A stretch of DNA of 43,731 bases from Chloroflexota bacterium (GTDB lineage: Bacteria > Chloroflexota > Dehalococcoidia > UBA2979): contig PBEG01000013.1 in NCBI GenBank assembly GCA_002718395.1, forward strand, positions 1 to 43,731, written 5' to 3'. Below are positions 1 through 9,552 of the stretch, piece by piece (positions within the stretch are counted from its first letter, which is position 1; every line of letters begins with the position of its first letter). The notes beneath the pieces were generated by a model. That model made no database searches and was not told the DNA's origin. It saw only the letters and a list, made by a program, of their open reading frames with translations. Position numbers and translations under genes: made by a program.

Positions 1-1
1 G

Positions 2-1180
2 ACCTTCGCTGCTGTTTTGATATATGTAGGGCAAGAATTTGATATTGGCTTAACTGCTCTTGGTTCTTTAGCAACAGCTGGGACAGTACTATTTGGTGGC
101 ACAGCTATTGTTGCAGGTTTTTTATCTGACAAGCTTGGTGAAAAGAAATTAATAGCTCGCTCACTGTTTGTAGCCGCTATTCTTTCTTTTGTAGTTGCAT
201 GGTCTCCAAATTTGTACGTATTATCTTTTTCTTTATTGTGTCTTGGTGCTATTATTGGCCTCTATCATCCTCCTGGTACTGCAATGGTAGCTATTATGGC
301 TGCAAATCGAGGAAGTGGCTTAGCTAAGCATGGAGTGGCGGGCAATATTGGCTTAGCTACTTCGCCAGCCCTTGCAGTATTTATTGCGTCAACATTTGGT
401 TGGCGTATTTCTTACGTGGGTGTTGGTCTCATTGCCTTCATTGCTTATTTATTTTTTCAAAAATTTGCACCGTCTAAAGAAGAAGTAATAGAAAGACAAA
501 AAGAACTTGGTTTAATCGATAGTCACAATGATCAAGATGTTACTAAGAGCTTTGTTTTTAATTTGGCTTCAATGACAAAGATATTGAGTGAATGGACCGA
601 GAAAAGACTATTGTTGATATATGTAACTATTATAGCTAATGGATTTATCTACAGAGGTGCGTTAACATTTTTTGCATTGCATATTGCTAATCAGCTTGGC
701 ATCAAAATATTTTCCTATGATAGCACTGTAATAGCAGGCAGTTTGACTACCATATTATTGCTTACTGGTATTCTTGGACAATTTTTTGGCGGTTACTTAG
801 CTGACAAGATGAATACTGCCGCAGCAGCATTATTGTTTAATGTTATCCTTGTTCCCTCTTGTTTGATCATTGGTTTTTCCTCAGGATGGATTTTAATTAT
901 TTTTATAGCTATTTTTGTCATTTTTAATTGGGGTCAACAACCTATCGCAAATAGCTTGATGGCAAGTTTTGCTCCTCAAGGAGCTATTGGTAAGGCATTT
1001 GGTTTGCAGTTTTTTCTTGGCTTTGGAGTGGCATCAGTTGCTGGAATAATTTGCGGATATGTTGCTGAGATATTCGGAACAGATGCAGTTTTTTATTTGT
1101 TAGCTGGCATGGCTTTACTATCTACCTTGGCATTCTATTTTATTTGGCTTATTGATATGAGCAGTAAAAAAAATATTTAG
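2..1180 (+). CDS. MFS transporter (5' truncated by window edge)
   Basis: Many hydrophobic helices; MFS motif A-like GFLSDKLGEKK and GGYLADKMN in each half; frame stays open upstream of TTG 17 to the window start (TFAAVL). Confidence 0.9.
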   Translation, partial: TFAAVLIYVGQEFDIGLTALGSLATAGTVLFGGTAIVAGFLSDKLGEKKLIARSLFVAAILSFVVAWSPNLYVLSFSLLCLGAIIGLYHPPGTAMVAIMAANRGSGLAKHGVAGNIGLATSPALAVFIASTFGWRISYVGVGLIAFIAYLFFQKFAPSKEEVIERQKELGLIDSHNDQDVTKSFVFNLASMTKILSEWTEKRLLLIYVTIIANGFIYRGALTFFALHIANQLGIKIFSYDSTVIAGSLTTILLLTGILGQFFGGYLADKMNTAAAALLFNVILVPSCLIIGFSSGWILIIFIAIFVIFNWGQQPIANSLMASFAPQGAIGKAFGLQFFLGFGVASVAGIICGYVAEIFGTDAVFYLLAGMALLSTLAFYFIWLIDMSSKKNI

Positions 1181-1190
1181 CAATGTAGAA

Positions 1191-2357
1191 TTAATTCGTT
1201 ATCTTTGATATCAAAGTGCGTGATTTTTCTTCAGGAATGTTAGTGAAATTTTTTATATGACGTAAAAAAAAGTTCTTCAAAATATTATTTGTTTCTTGAC
1301 CTACGCTAGGGTCCCAACCACCGTGTCCTCCATTTTCTATAGTGATTAAATTATATTCCACAGTTTGATTAGGATATATTTCTTGCAATTTATTAAGATA
1401 TATTAATGCTTGCTCATAATAAACAACTTGGTCTTTATCTCCATGTATAATTAGATGAGGCATAGGAATGCCTTCACCTAAGTAAGTTATTAAACTAATT
1501 GCGGCTAAAAAATTAGGCACGACAACTCTAGGCTTTGCCCCGGTGGGTTGCTGAGTCAATTTTATTGCATCACTATGCCCAGAAAAATTAGCTGCCGCTT
1601 GTATATCAGAAGAATATTGAAGATTTTCTCCTACGTTCCCCTCTAAATTGATAGATCGTTCATTTATGATGTAATTTTGTAATCCACTTGTAGCTGCTAA
1701 AAGGCCAACTGACGCACCTCCTGCAGAATTGCCATATGCACCAATGCTTTCAGTAGTTAAATTATAATTTTTTTCATTAGCTCTTAACCATCTGATTGCA
1801 GCTTTTTGATCATGAAGAAAATTTGGGAATAATCCTTCTGCTCCAAGACGATAATTAATAGACGCATATGCAAATCCTGAATTAAGGAGGCTTATATTAG
1901 GGCTTTCTCTTTTCTGTCCTGCAACAAAACCTCCACCGTGTACATGGACAATTACTTCATATGATCCATCACTCATACAATCTTCAAGTACTTTTTTATT
2001 TTTACATGGTATCCACAGATTGAGTGTTTGACGAATATTATTAGTATTTGCATAATCTAAATCTATGCACTCGATATTATTATCTTTCAAAATACAATTA
2101 TCAAATATTTTTTTTGGATTTTTTGTTTGTAATTTCGGTTTTTGAATTACTTCTTTCACAGCCTCCTTCACTGGTTCAGGCACAGTCTCCTTGACTGGTT
2201 GTGGCGAAGGTTCTCTGATAGTTTGTAAAACAGAGTTAGAACTATTTTGTTGATTTTGAATTTTAAAATCTGAATTTGTATCTGAACAGCTTATAAATAA
2301 GCTTGGCATGATTATTAATAACTTAATTAATAAATTGGTTGTTAAATTTTTACTCAT
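1191..2357 (-). CDS. Putative lipoprotein alpha/beta hydrolase (HSL-like esterase)
   Basis: HGGG oxyanion motif, GNSAG nucleophile elbow, HGDKD Asp and GGHGG His; N-terminal hydrophobic stretch ending LFISC (lipobox); Pro/Glu/Lys linker. Start moved to ATG 2357. Confidence 0.82.
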   Translation of the reverse strand: MSKNLTTNLLIKLLIIMPSLFISCSDTNSDFKIQNQQNSSNSVLQTIREPSPQPVKETVPEPVKEAVKEVIQKPKLQTKNPKKIFDNCILKDNNIECIDLDYANTNNIRQTLNLWIPCKNKKVLEDCMSDGSYEVIVHVHGGGFVAGQKRESPNISLLNSGFAYASINYRLGAEGLFPNFLHDQKAAIRWLRANEKNYNLTTESIGAYGNSAGGASVGLLAATSGLQNYIINERSINLEGNVGENLQYSSDIQAAANFSGHSDAIKLTQQPTGAKPRVVVPNFLAAISLITYLGEGIPMPHLIIHGDKDQVVYYEQALIYLNKLQEIYPNQTVEYNLITIENGGHGGWDPSVGQETNNILKNFFLRHIKNFTNIPEEKSRTLISKITN

Positions 2358-2486
2358 TGTATATTTTAATTTAATTAATTTTTTGTTTATTGCAAACAAG
2401 GCTTTTTAAAAAAACATTAAAATTTAATTTAGCGCTTGATAGGAAATATAAGTTACAATATCATTATTAAAAATTTGGTGATAATT

Positions 2487-3566
2487 ATGTTCGAATCTGA
2501 TCTAGCTTCTGAATTAGTTTTTGCACTAATGATATTACTTTTTTTTGCTTTGCTAAGTTTTGTAAGCATATTTTTGTTAAAAAGGGTAATTAATAAACTT
2601 ACACAATCTACTGAGTCAACTTTAGATGATCAACTAGTAAATAGTTTAAAGCGTCCTATATTTTTTGTTATTATTGGCCAAGGTCTATTTATTGCTATTG
2701 ATTCTATAGACAGCCTTCTTGAATATCAAAATTATATTGATAATTTATGGATGACATTTAATGTTGCAATAAGTCTTTTGATTTTAAGAAGAACTTTTGA
2801 TAGTTTTATTAGTTGGTATGAAGCTGAATATATTTTTAATCCTTCTTTTACTGGCAGCAGCAAATTGCAAATTTTTATTAATCGGTCTAATTTGCCTATA
2901 ATTAAACGGATTGTTAATTTTGTTTCTTGGCTTGCAGCATTTTTAATTCTTTTAACTATGATGGGAATTTCAATTAGCCCCTTATTGGCTGGACTAGGAA
3001 TTGGAGGATTTGCTTTTGCACTAGCTGTACAACCAATCTTGAGTAATGTAATCGCTAGTTCTTACATGCTTTCAGACTCATCTGTACGTGTTAACGATTT
3101 TATAGAAATAGAAGGGGGCCCAACTGGATGGGTTGAGGATATTGGATGGAGAGCAACGAGACTACGGACATTCGACAATAACCTTATTATGATTCCTAAT
3201 TCTCATTTAGCAGATGCAACCGTGACAAATTTCGATGCTGTTGATTCTCCAATGGATGTAAAAGTTGAAACTGGTGTGGCCTATGAATCAAATTTACAAA
3301 CTGTTGAAGAAGTTTGCCTAGATGAATTAACAAAAATTATTGAAGAAAATGATCAAGCAGTTACAACTCGGCAACCTTTATTTTTGTTCACAGAATTTGG
3401 AGACTCTAATATTAACTTTTTAGTAAAAATTCGTGCAGTTAATAGGCGTGATGTTGGCTCATTGAAACACATTGTTATTAAGCGTTTACATCAAAGGCTA
3501 GATGATGAAAATATTGTAATTAATTATCCTGCAAGACGTATCCTAATTGATAAAGATGAAGCTTAA
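2487..3566 (+). CDS. mscS: Small-conductance mechanosensitive channel, MscS family
   Basis: LLAGLGIGGFAFALAVQ pore helix; GWVEDIGWRATRLRTFDNNLIMIPNS beta domain; ATG 2487 preceded by GGTGA. Confidence 0.9.
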   Translation: MFESDLASELVFALMILLFFALLSFVSIFLLKRVINKLTQSTESTLDDQLVNSLKRPIFFVIIGQGLFIAIDSIDSLLEYQNYIDNLWMTFNVAISLLILRRTFDSFISWYEAEYIFNPSFTGSSKLQIFINRSNLPIIKRIVNFVSWLAAFLILLTMMGISISPLLAGLGIGGFAFALAVQPILSNVIASSYMLSDSSVRVNDFIEIEGGPTGWVEDIGWRATRLRTFDNNLIMIPNSHLADATVTNFDAVDSPMDVKVETGVAYESNLQTVEEVCLDELTKIIEENDQAVTTRQPLFLFTEFGDSNINFLVKIRAVNRRDVGSLKHIVIKRLHQRLDDENIVINYPARRILIDKDEA

Positions 3567-3593
3567 TAACCTTTTTTTAAATCTGATTGCCTT

Positions 3594-4670
3594 TTATGGA
3601 TAAAGAGGTGGTTTTTCTAATCCAGTTGTCTCTTCAAGGCCAAACATAATATTCATACACTGTAATGCATTTCCGCTTTGCCCTTTTAGTAAATTATCAA
3701 TAGCAGAGAAAATTACAGCATGTTCACCTGATTCATCAACTTTTAAGGATATATCGCAATAATTTGAACCACGAACATTTTTTATTGTTGGCAATTTATC
3801 ACTAACTCTGACAAATGGGGCTGATGCATAATATTCTTGAAAAATATTTAATAATTTATCTTCTGAAGTTTTTTCTAATAAACTAACGTGAATTGTAGAC
3901 ATAATTCCTCTAGTCACTGGAATTAAATGTGGTACAAAATGTAAGGATTCAATCGAATTTCCAACATCAGAAACTACTTTTTTTACTTCTGTAACATGCT
4001 GATGATCTAGGGCTCTATAGGGGATATAATTATTTTCCATGTTTGAAAAATGCAAGACTTCACTGAGTGTTTTGCCTGCACCTGATGTTCCAGTAACAGC
4101 ATCAATAGTGACGCGTTTTGTATCAATTATTTTTTTGCTGTTCAGTGGTGCCAGACCTAAGATCATCGAGACGGCAAAACATCCAGGATTGCCAACAAGT
4201 GAAGTTTTTTCTATTTGCTGCTTGTATAGTTCAGGAAGACCATACACTGATTCATTCAGAAATTCAGAAACTTGAAGCTTGGATTGATCTATCTTAGGGT
4301 GTTTTTCAGCATATTCTTTATAATGATTTTCTGAAGAAAATCGAAAATCTCCAGAAAAGTCTACTACTTTTATTTTTTTGTGTATTTTGTTTTTGTAAAT
4401 GGAACTTAATATATCGGTTGCAACAGTATCAGGAGTTGCAAAAATAATAATGTCACAATTTTCACCAATTGTATCTTCTGAAGTTTCTTTAATTGGCAAA
4501 GAAGATAACTTGTTTAAATGTGGGTAATATTTATCTATAGTCATGCCAATAGTATCTTTTGCAAGGAGACTTGTGATTTCAAAATTTGGATGATGCATTA
4601 ATAATTCAATAATGCCAACACCACCATAACCAGTAGCGCCAATTACTTGAACATTTATTGTATTCTTCAT
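3594..4670 (-). CDS. argC: N-acetyl-gamma-glutamyl-phosphate reductase
   Basis: GATGYGG Rossmann motif, YGLPEL, catalytic NPGCF, GTSGAG, DNLLKGQSG; ATG 4670 follows GGAGGG RBS. Confidence 0.95.
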   Translation of the reverse strand: MKNTINVQVIGATGYGGVGIIELLMHHPNFEITSLLAKDTIGMTIDKYYPHLNKLSSLPIKETSEDTIGENCDIIIFATPDTVATDILSSIYKNKIHKKIKVVDFSGDFRFSSENHYKEYAEKHPKIDQSKLQVSEFLNESVYGLPELYKQQIEKTSLVGNPGCFAVSMILGLAPLNSKKIIDTKRVTIDAVTGTSGAGKTLSEVLHFSNMENNYIPYRALDHQHVTEVKKVVSDVGNSIESLHFVPHLIPVTRGIMSTIHVSLLEKTSEDKLLNIFQEYYASAPFVRVSDKLPTIKNVRGSNYCDISLKVDESGEHAVIFSAIDNLLKGQSGNALQCMNIMFGLEETTGLEKPPLYP

Positions 4671-4703
4671 ATTACCCTCCACCCATAAATCATTTTAAAT
4701 AAA

Positions 4704-4750
4704 ATAAGCAATTAATTTATGTGCGTTTTAAAGTATTATATAAGCAATTA
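4704..4750. repeat. 11-bp direct repeat ATAAGCAATTA (4704-4714 and 4740-4750) in the divergent intergenic region
   Basis: Two exact copies read from the sequence; AT-rich, so chance occurrence is possible. Confidence 0.45.
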
Positions 4751-5307
4751 TGGATAAATTTGAATTATTAAAACAAAAAAACTGGATATCATTATTTCTT
4801 CTTAGTGAAAAAGAATTACTTCGACAATGTAAAATTGATAATTTTTTATCTCCAAAACCAGGTGGTCAACATCGCGACAAGAAAGCTTCTGCGGTTAGAA
4901 TAACTTTATTTGATAGTGAAATTATAGTTACTTCATCAAACAGCAGATCTTTTCAGGCAAACCAAAAGGATGCATTAAATAAATTAAAAATAGAGATATT
5001 GTGTAAATATAGATCAAATTTTTCTTTAAAAAAATGTATTCAATTATTTCAATTAGAAGAATATTTTAACGATACATTTTTAGTGAAAAATAATAAAATC
5101 AATTTATCTTCAAAGAACCCCAACTATCTTATTGTTGCTGGCATTGCCTTAGATATCTTTTTTATACATAATTGGCAAATTCAATCAGTGAGTAAAAAAT
5201 TAGGGGTTAGCTCATCACACTTAGTCAATTTTTTTTCTAAGGAAAAGAGACTTTTAATATTTATTAATTCTGAAAGAGAAAAACTCGGAATGCGTTCATT
5301 GAAATAA
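4750..5307 (+). CDS. Peptide chain release factor-like protein (GGQ peptidyl-tRNA hydrolase domain plus C-terminal helical domain)
   Basis: SPKPGGQHRDKKASAVRIT matches the class I RF GGQ loop; SRSFQANQKDAL matches the RSQxxN..A helix; only 185 aa, with no codon-recognition domains. Confidence 0.8.
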   Translation: MDKFELLKQKNWISLFLLSEKELLRQCKIDNFLSPKPGGQHRDKKASAVRITLFDSEIIVTSSNSRSFQANQKDALNKLKIEILCKYRSNFSLKKCIQLFQLEEYFNDTFLVKNNKINLSSKNPNYLIVAGIALDIFFIHNWQIQSVSKKLGVSSSHLVNFFSKEKRLLIFINSEREKLGMRSLK

Positions 5308-5309
5308 TT

Positions 5310-5753
5310 TTATGATTTGCCAATATCCCAACTAACAATTTTTTTTACTTTAATTTTCACATTTACTCTTTTATTTGCCTGTTTAGCAATATCTTGACGA
5401 TCTCTTTTGGTTTTGTATTTTTCTGTTATCTGGTTCATTATTGTTATGACCAATTCTTTGTCTGTGCTAATTTCTGCTTCACCTTCCATAACTAATCCAT
5501 GCAATTCTTCATATTGCGTACCGCTCTCTAACATTATAACAATTCTCTTATCTCGTTTAAGGTTGATGATTTTTTGTGATTTGTGGTAACTAGTAAAATT
5601 AATCTCATTATTTGCATCAAGAATGAACCACATAGGCACCAAGTGAGGTAATCCATTTTTATTAATTGTAGCTAAATTTATTATTCTGCTTTCTTCAAGA
5701 AGTTTTATTTTTTTTTCATCATCTAATGTATATTTTTTCTTATCCCGAGGCAT
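5310..5753 (-). CDS. Pyridoxamine 5'-phosphate oxidase-like (PPOX class, probably F420-dependent) split-barrel protein
   Basis: LATINKNGLPHLVPMWF, SQKIINLKRDKRI and SWD C-terminus typical of the family; start moved to ATG 5753 (147 aa). Confidence 0.85.
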   Translation of the reverse strand: MPRDKKKYTLDDEKKIKLLEESRIINLATINKNGLPHLVPMWFILDANNEINFTSYHKSQKIINLKRDKRIVIMLESGTQYEELHGLVMEGEAEISTDKELVITIMNQITEKYKTKRDRQDIAKQANKRVNVKIKVKKIVSWDIGKS

Positions 5754-5784
5754 TTTTTTCCTAAATATCAATTTTGAATCTATT

Positions 5785-5804
5785 ATGTTATATTGACATA
5801 ACAT
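5785..5804. promoter_or_regulatory. Palindromic operator candidate ATGTTAT-N6-ATAACAT containing TTGACA
   Basis: Perfect 7-bp inverted repeat between the divergent PPOX and CoA-transferase genes; TTGACA at 5793-5798. Confidence 0.55.
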
Positions 5805-5819
5805 GATGCGGTGGTAAAT

Positions 5820-7004
5820 ATGGTGCAACCTTTAAATGACATGTGTGTTATTGAAATTAGTGATTCTATTGCTGGCTCTGCATGCACAAAAACTTTTTCT
5901 GATTACGGTGCTCGCGTGATTAAAGTAGAACCATTTTCTGGAAATAAAATTCGTAGAATGCCCCCGTTTAAAGAAGATATTCCAGACATTAATGGGGGAG
6001 CATACCATTTATCATTTGATACAGGAAAGGAATCAGTAATTATAGATTATTCTAGTAATTCAGGCCTTGAAATACTAGACAGGTTATATCAGTTGTCCGA
6101 TTTAGTGATTTTTGATACTGAAGTAGAAAAAACAAAAAAATTGCGTAATATAATTAATGGCAATAATTATCCAAGTACTGTGTCAATTACCCCTCATGGT
6201 ATGTCGGGACCATTTAAAGATAGGCTGGAGAATGATATGTCAATTCTAGCATGGACAACTAGAATGTATAGAAATTCCATGGAAAATATGTCACCTTTAC
6301 GTAATGCCCCTGGCTCTACTCTTGTACAGATAGGCCATACTGCTGCTGCTGTTGCTGTAGGTATTTATTGGGGTCAAAAACAGGATAAAATTCGAAGAGA
6401 TGCAGAGGTTGCGGGTGTAGAAGCGGTACTGGGAAATGTTGACACTGGCTTTGTTAGCTGGATATTTACAGGCAATTTGCCTGAGAGAATAGGCGGACAA
6501 TTAAAGACTAGATATCCTACAGGTATTTATCCTTGTAAGGATGGGCATGTCATTTTATCTGCAAATGAAGAACCCTGGTTTTCTAGACTTTGTAATGCAA
6601 TTGGTCATCCAGAAATTTTACAGGACAGTCGATTTATTGAAGACAGAGAAAATAATTGGCAGGCATTTATGGAATACTTAGGTCCATATTTAGAAAAACA
6701 TGATAAGAATTATATTTTTACTCATTTGCAAGAACATGGTGTCATGGTTGCCCCAGTCCTGAATGCATCAGATCTTCTTGATGATCCTCAAGCAAAAGCG
6801 AGAAAATCATTTGTGAAAATAGATTCTGCAATTGGTGAACATTATTTGGCCGGAGCTCCTTTTCATTTAAATAAAATTAATGATGAGAGTTTTAAATTAA
6901 AATCTGCACCAAAGCTCGGTGCTCACACAAATATGCTTCTTAATGAACTTGGCTATACTAAAGAAGAAATCATTGCGCTATTTCGTGCAAAAATTACAGG
7001 TTAA
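5820..7004 (+). CDS. Family III (CaiB/BaiF) CoA-transferase, subunit lacking the catalytic Asp (type A, copy 1)
   Basis: DYGARVIKVEP, YPCKDG, APKLGAHT motifs; NRNKRS degenerated to DTGKES; no Asp in the STLVQIG segment. Alternative GTG start at 5811. Confidence 0.88.
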   Translation: MVQPLNDMCVIEISDSIAGSACTKTFSDYGARVIKVEPFSGNKIRRMPPFKEDIPDINGGAYHLSFDTGKESVIIDYSSNSGLEILDRLYQLSDLVIFDTEVEKTKKLRNIINGNNYPSTVSITPHGMSGPFKDRLENDMSILAWTTRMYRNSMENMSPLRNAPGSTLVQIGHTAAAVAVGIYWGQKQDKIRRDAEVAGVEAVLGNVDTGFVSWIFTGNLPERIGGQLKTRYPTGIYPCKDGHVILSANEEPWFSRLCNAIGHPEILQDSRFIEDRENNWQAFMEYLGPYLEKHDKNYIFTHLQEHGVMVAPVLNASDLLDDPQAKARKSFVKIDSAIGEHYLAGAPFHLNKINDESFKLKSAPKLGAHTNMLLNELGYTKEEIIALFRAKITG

Positions 7005-7008
7005 ATAA

Positions 7009-8253
7009 ATGAGTAATAAATCACTTGAAGGTTTAAAAATACTAGAAATGACTGAAGCGTGGGCTGGGCCTGTATGCGCATCATTGATGGGCGATATGGG
7101 GGCTGATGTCATTAAAATTGAATCTTTTCCTAGACATTCATTAACTCGACCAACTTCTCCCAGATATGCAACTATGCCCGGTGAAGGACCAGTTTATGAG
7201 AGAGATGCTCTGCATCATCAAGGAAATCGTAATAAACGGAATATGGCAATTGATATTAGAAAAGAATCTGGTAAGGAAATTTTTAAAAAATTACTTTTGG
7301 ACGCTGATGTTTTTATTGAAGGATATGCTGCTGGTAAAATAGAGAAATTGGGATTTGGGTGGCAAGATGTGCAAAAAATTAATCCTAATATTACAATGAT
7401 TTCTATTGCTGGGTGGGGCCTGGAAGGTCCTTATAAAAATATGGTAACTCTGGGAGCAGGGCTAGATGCTACAACAGGACATTTATCTTTGCGCGGCTAT
7501 CCGCAAGGTGATTTTGTTGATACTCATCCAAACTTTCATTCTGATGCAACAGGATCTTCAACAATATTCTTTGCTGCACTGACTGCTTTATTGCAACGTA
7601 AAAAAGAAAAAAAAGGAACATTTATTGATCTTTCGCAATGGGAAGGATTAGTTTGGCAATTTCCAGCAATTTTAGCAGAATGGACAATGAATAAAAGGAT
7701 ACCTGAAAGACTTGGTAATAACGATCCGCATATTGTCCCTCATGGAGTATATCGTACTATTGAAGAAGATAAATGGATTGTTGTTGCTGCAGAAGACGAT
7801 AATCAGTGGCAAGGGTTATGTGAGGTAATTGGTAAAATTGAATGGACAGATCTTATGCACCAATACTCTAATATAGTAGGCAGGATAAAAGGGAGAACAG
7901 AAATTGATGCAGCTATTGAATCATTTACAAAACAATATGATGGATTTACTGCTGCTGAAATATTACAAAATAATCATGTTATTGCGTCACCTGTAGTTAC
8001 TCCGCCAGATGTTTTGCTTTCTAACCAGTTACATGAAAGAGATTGGCATCAAACAGTTAATCATAAATGGACTGGGCCAATTATGGTTGGCGGTCACTTA
8101 TGGAATGTAGAACCAGATACATTAAGTTGGGATATACCAACTGCATTAGTAGGGCAACATAATGAAGAGATTTTAACCGAGTTAGGATTTGATCACGATT
8201 ATATTTCAGCTTTATATGCAAATGGAACGATTGGCAATCATTATGAAAATTAA
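7009..8253 (+). CDS. Family III (CaiB/BaiF) CoA-transferase, catalytic-type subunit (type B, copy 1)
   Basis: AWAGP, DMGADVIKIES, GNRNKRN, HSDATG (catalytic Asp position), PHGVY, VGQHNEEIL. Confidence 0.92.
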   Translation: MSNKSLEGLKILEMTEAWAGPVCASLMGDMGADVIKIESFPRHSLTRPTSPRYATMPGEGPVYERDALHHQGNRNKRNMAIDIRKESGKEIFKKLLLDADVFIEGYAAGKIEKLGFGWQDVQKINPNITMISIAGWGLEGPYKNMVTLGAGLDATTGHLSLRGYPQGDFVDTHPNFHSDATGSSTIFFAALTALLQRKKEKKGTFIDLSQWEGLVWQFPAILAEWTMNKRIPERLGNNDPHIVPHGVYRTIEEDKWIVVAAEDDNQWQGLCEVIGKIEWTDLMHQYSNIVGRIKGRTEIDAAIESFTKQYDGFTAAEILQNNHVIASPVVTPPDVLLSNQLHERDWHQTVNHKWTGPIMVGGHLWNVEPDTLSWDIPTALVGQHNEEILTELGFDHDYISALYANGTIGNHYEN

Positions 8254-8341
8254 TTTCTATTAGACAATAACGCTTTTTCCTTTTAATTCTCCTATAATTA
8301 CTATAGTATTTATTCTTAGTATTTTATTTCATGAGAAAATT

Positions 8342-9541
8342 ATGACACAACCTTTAAATGGATTAAAAATTATTGAAATAGGGGGAACAGTTAGCGTGTC
8401 AGCAGCAGGTAAGAAGTTTTCGGACTTTGGCGCTAATGTTATTAAAATAGAACCTCCTTCAGTTAGTGATGTTAGAAAAATTGCTCCTTTTCCGGATGAT
8501 ATTTTTCATATTGATAAAGGAGCAGTTCATTTAGCATTTGATACAAGTAAAAGATCCATTGTTATTGATCATTTAACCAATTCTGGAAAAGAGATAATTC
8601 AAAGACTTGGGAAAGATGCCGATCTTATAATCATGGATATCCCAGTAACAGAAGCTCAAGACTTAATTAATATTTTTAAAGACGGGGATAATCTTTTAAC
8701 TAATGTTGTTACTATCACCCCCCATGGTATGACTGGGCCATATAAGGACAGAGTTGAAAATGATCTTACGTTATTTGGTTGGTCAACTCGTTCGCACAGA
8801 CATTCGATTGCAGGAAGAGAACCATTAAGATATGGACCCTATGCTGGAGTTGTTCAGATTGGTTCGACTGCTGCAGCTGTAGGGATGGCAGCGGTTTGGT
8901 CTAAACGTAACGAAGGGATGAATCGCCTTGTTGATGTTTCTGGCGTGGAAGCATTAATGGGTAATGTTGATAGCGGCTTTTTTTTATGGGCAGTTAACGG
9001 TGCATTGCAACCGCGTTCTGCTGGTCAATCAAGCGGACTGTATCCTTCAGGTGCCTATAAATGTAAAGATGGATACATGCTTTTTTCTGCTGGTAGAGAC
9101 CCTGTCTATTCAAGGTTATGTAATGCAATAGGTAGGCCAGATTTGGCAACTGATAAACGTTTTACGGATCCAGAAGAAAAACCAAAAAATTTTGAAATCT
9201 TCAAAAAAATACTTGAAGATTGGCTCGCAACAAGAACAAAATACGAAGCTTTTGACGAGTTGCAAGAACAAGGCGTCATGTGCTGCCCTGTGCTTGATGC
9301 ATCTGAATTAGAAAATGATCCACAATCTGTTTATAGAAAATCTTATATTACTAGAAATCAAGATGGTATTGGAGATATAACTATTGCAGGGCCTCCATTT
9401 AGGATGAATGGTTTATATTCAGATGCTTGGGAATCGAAACCTGCTCCTAATTTATCTGAACACACTACTGAAATATTGCAAGAACATGGTTATGGCACTC
9501 AAGAAATTATTGCTTTATTTCGTGCAGGTGTAACTACATAA
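8342..9541 (+). CDS. Family III CoA-transferase, subunit lacking the catalytic Asp (type A, copy 2)
   Basis: DFGANVIKIEP, FDTSKRS, YKCKDG, APNLSEHT; AGVVQIG in place of the Asp motif; clear paralog of 5820-7004. Confidence 0.88.
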   Translation: MTQPLNGLKIIEIGGTVSVSAAGKKFSDFGANVIKIEPPSVSDVRKIAPFPDDIFHIDKGAVHLAFDTSKRSIVIDHLTNSGKEIIQRLGKDADLIIMDIPVTEAQDLINIFKDGDNLLTNVVTITPHGMTGPYKDRVENDLTLFGWSTRSHRHSIAGREPLRYGPYAGVVQIGSTAAAVGMAAVWSKRNEGMNRLVDVSGVEALMGNVDSGFFLWAVNGALQPRSAGQSSGLYPSGAYKCKDGYMLFSAGRDPVYSRLCNAIGRPDLATDKRFTDPEEKPKNFEIFKKILEDWLATRTKYEAFDELQEQGVMCCPVLDASELENDPQSVYRKSYITRNQDGIGDITIAGPPFRMNGLYSDAWESKPAPNLSEHTTEILQEHGYGTQEIIALFRAGVTT

Positions 9542-9552
9542 TAAGGGGAAAA

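Noticed and set aside
2150-2200. Short degenerate DNA repeats (PVKE/AVKE codons)
   Set aside because: Protein linker low complexity; not CRISPR or a mobile repeat.
8254-8341. Possible promoter or small RNA between the two CoA-transferase modules (TAGACA 8261, TATAAT 8293)
   Set aside because: The hexamers are 26 bp apart, there is no stable structure and no copy of the 5785 palindrome; an internal promoter is possible but unsupported.
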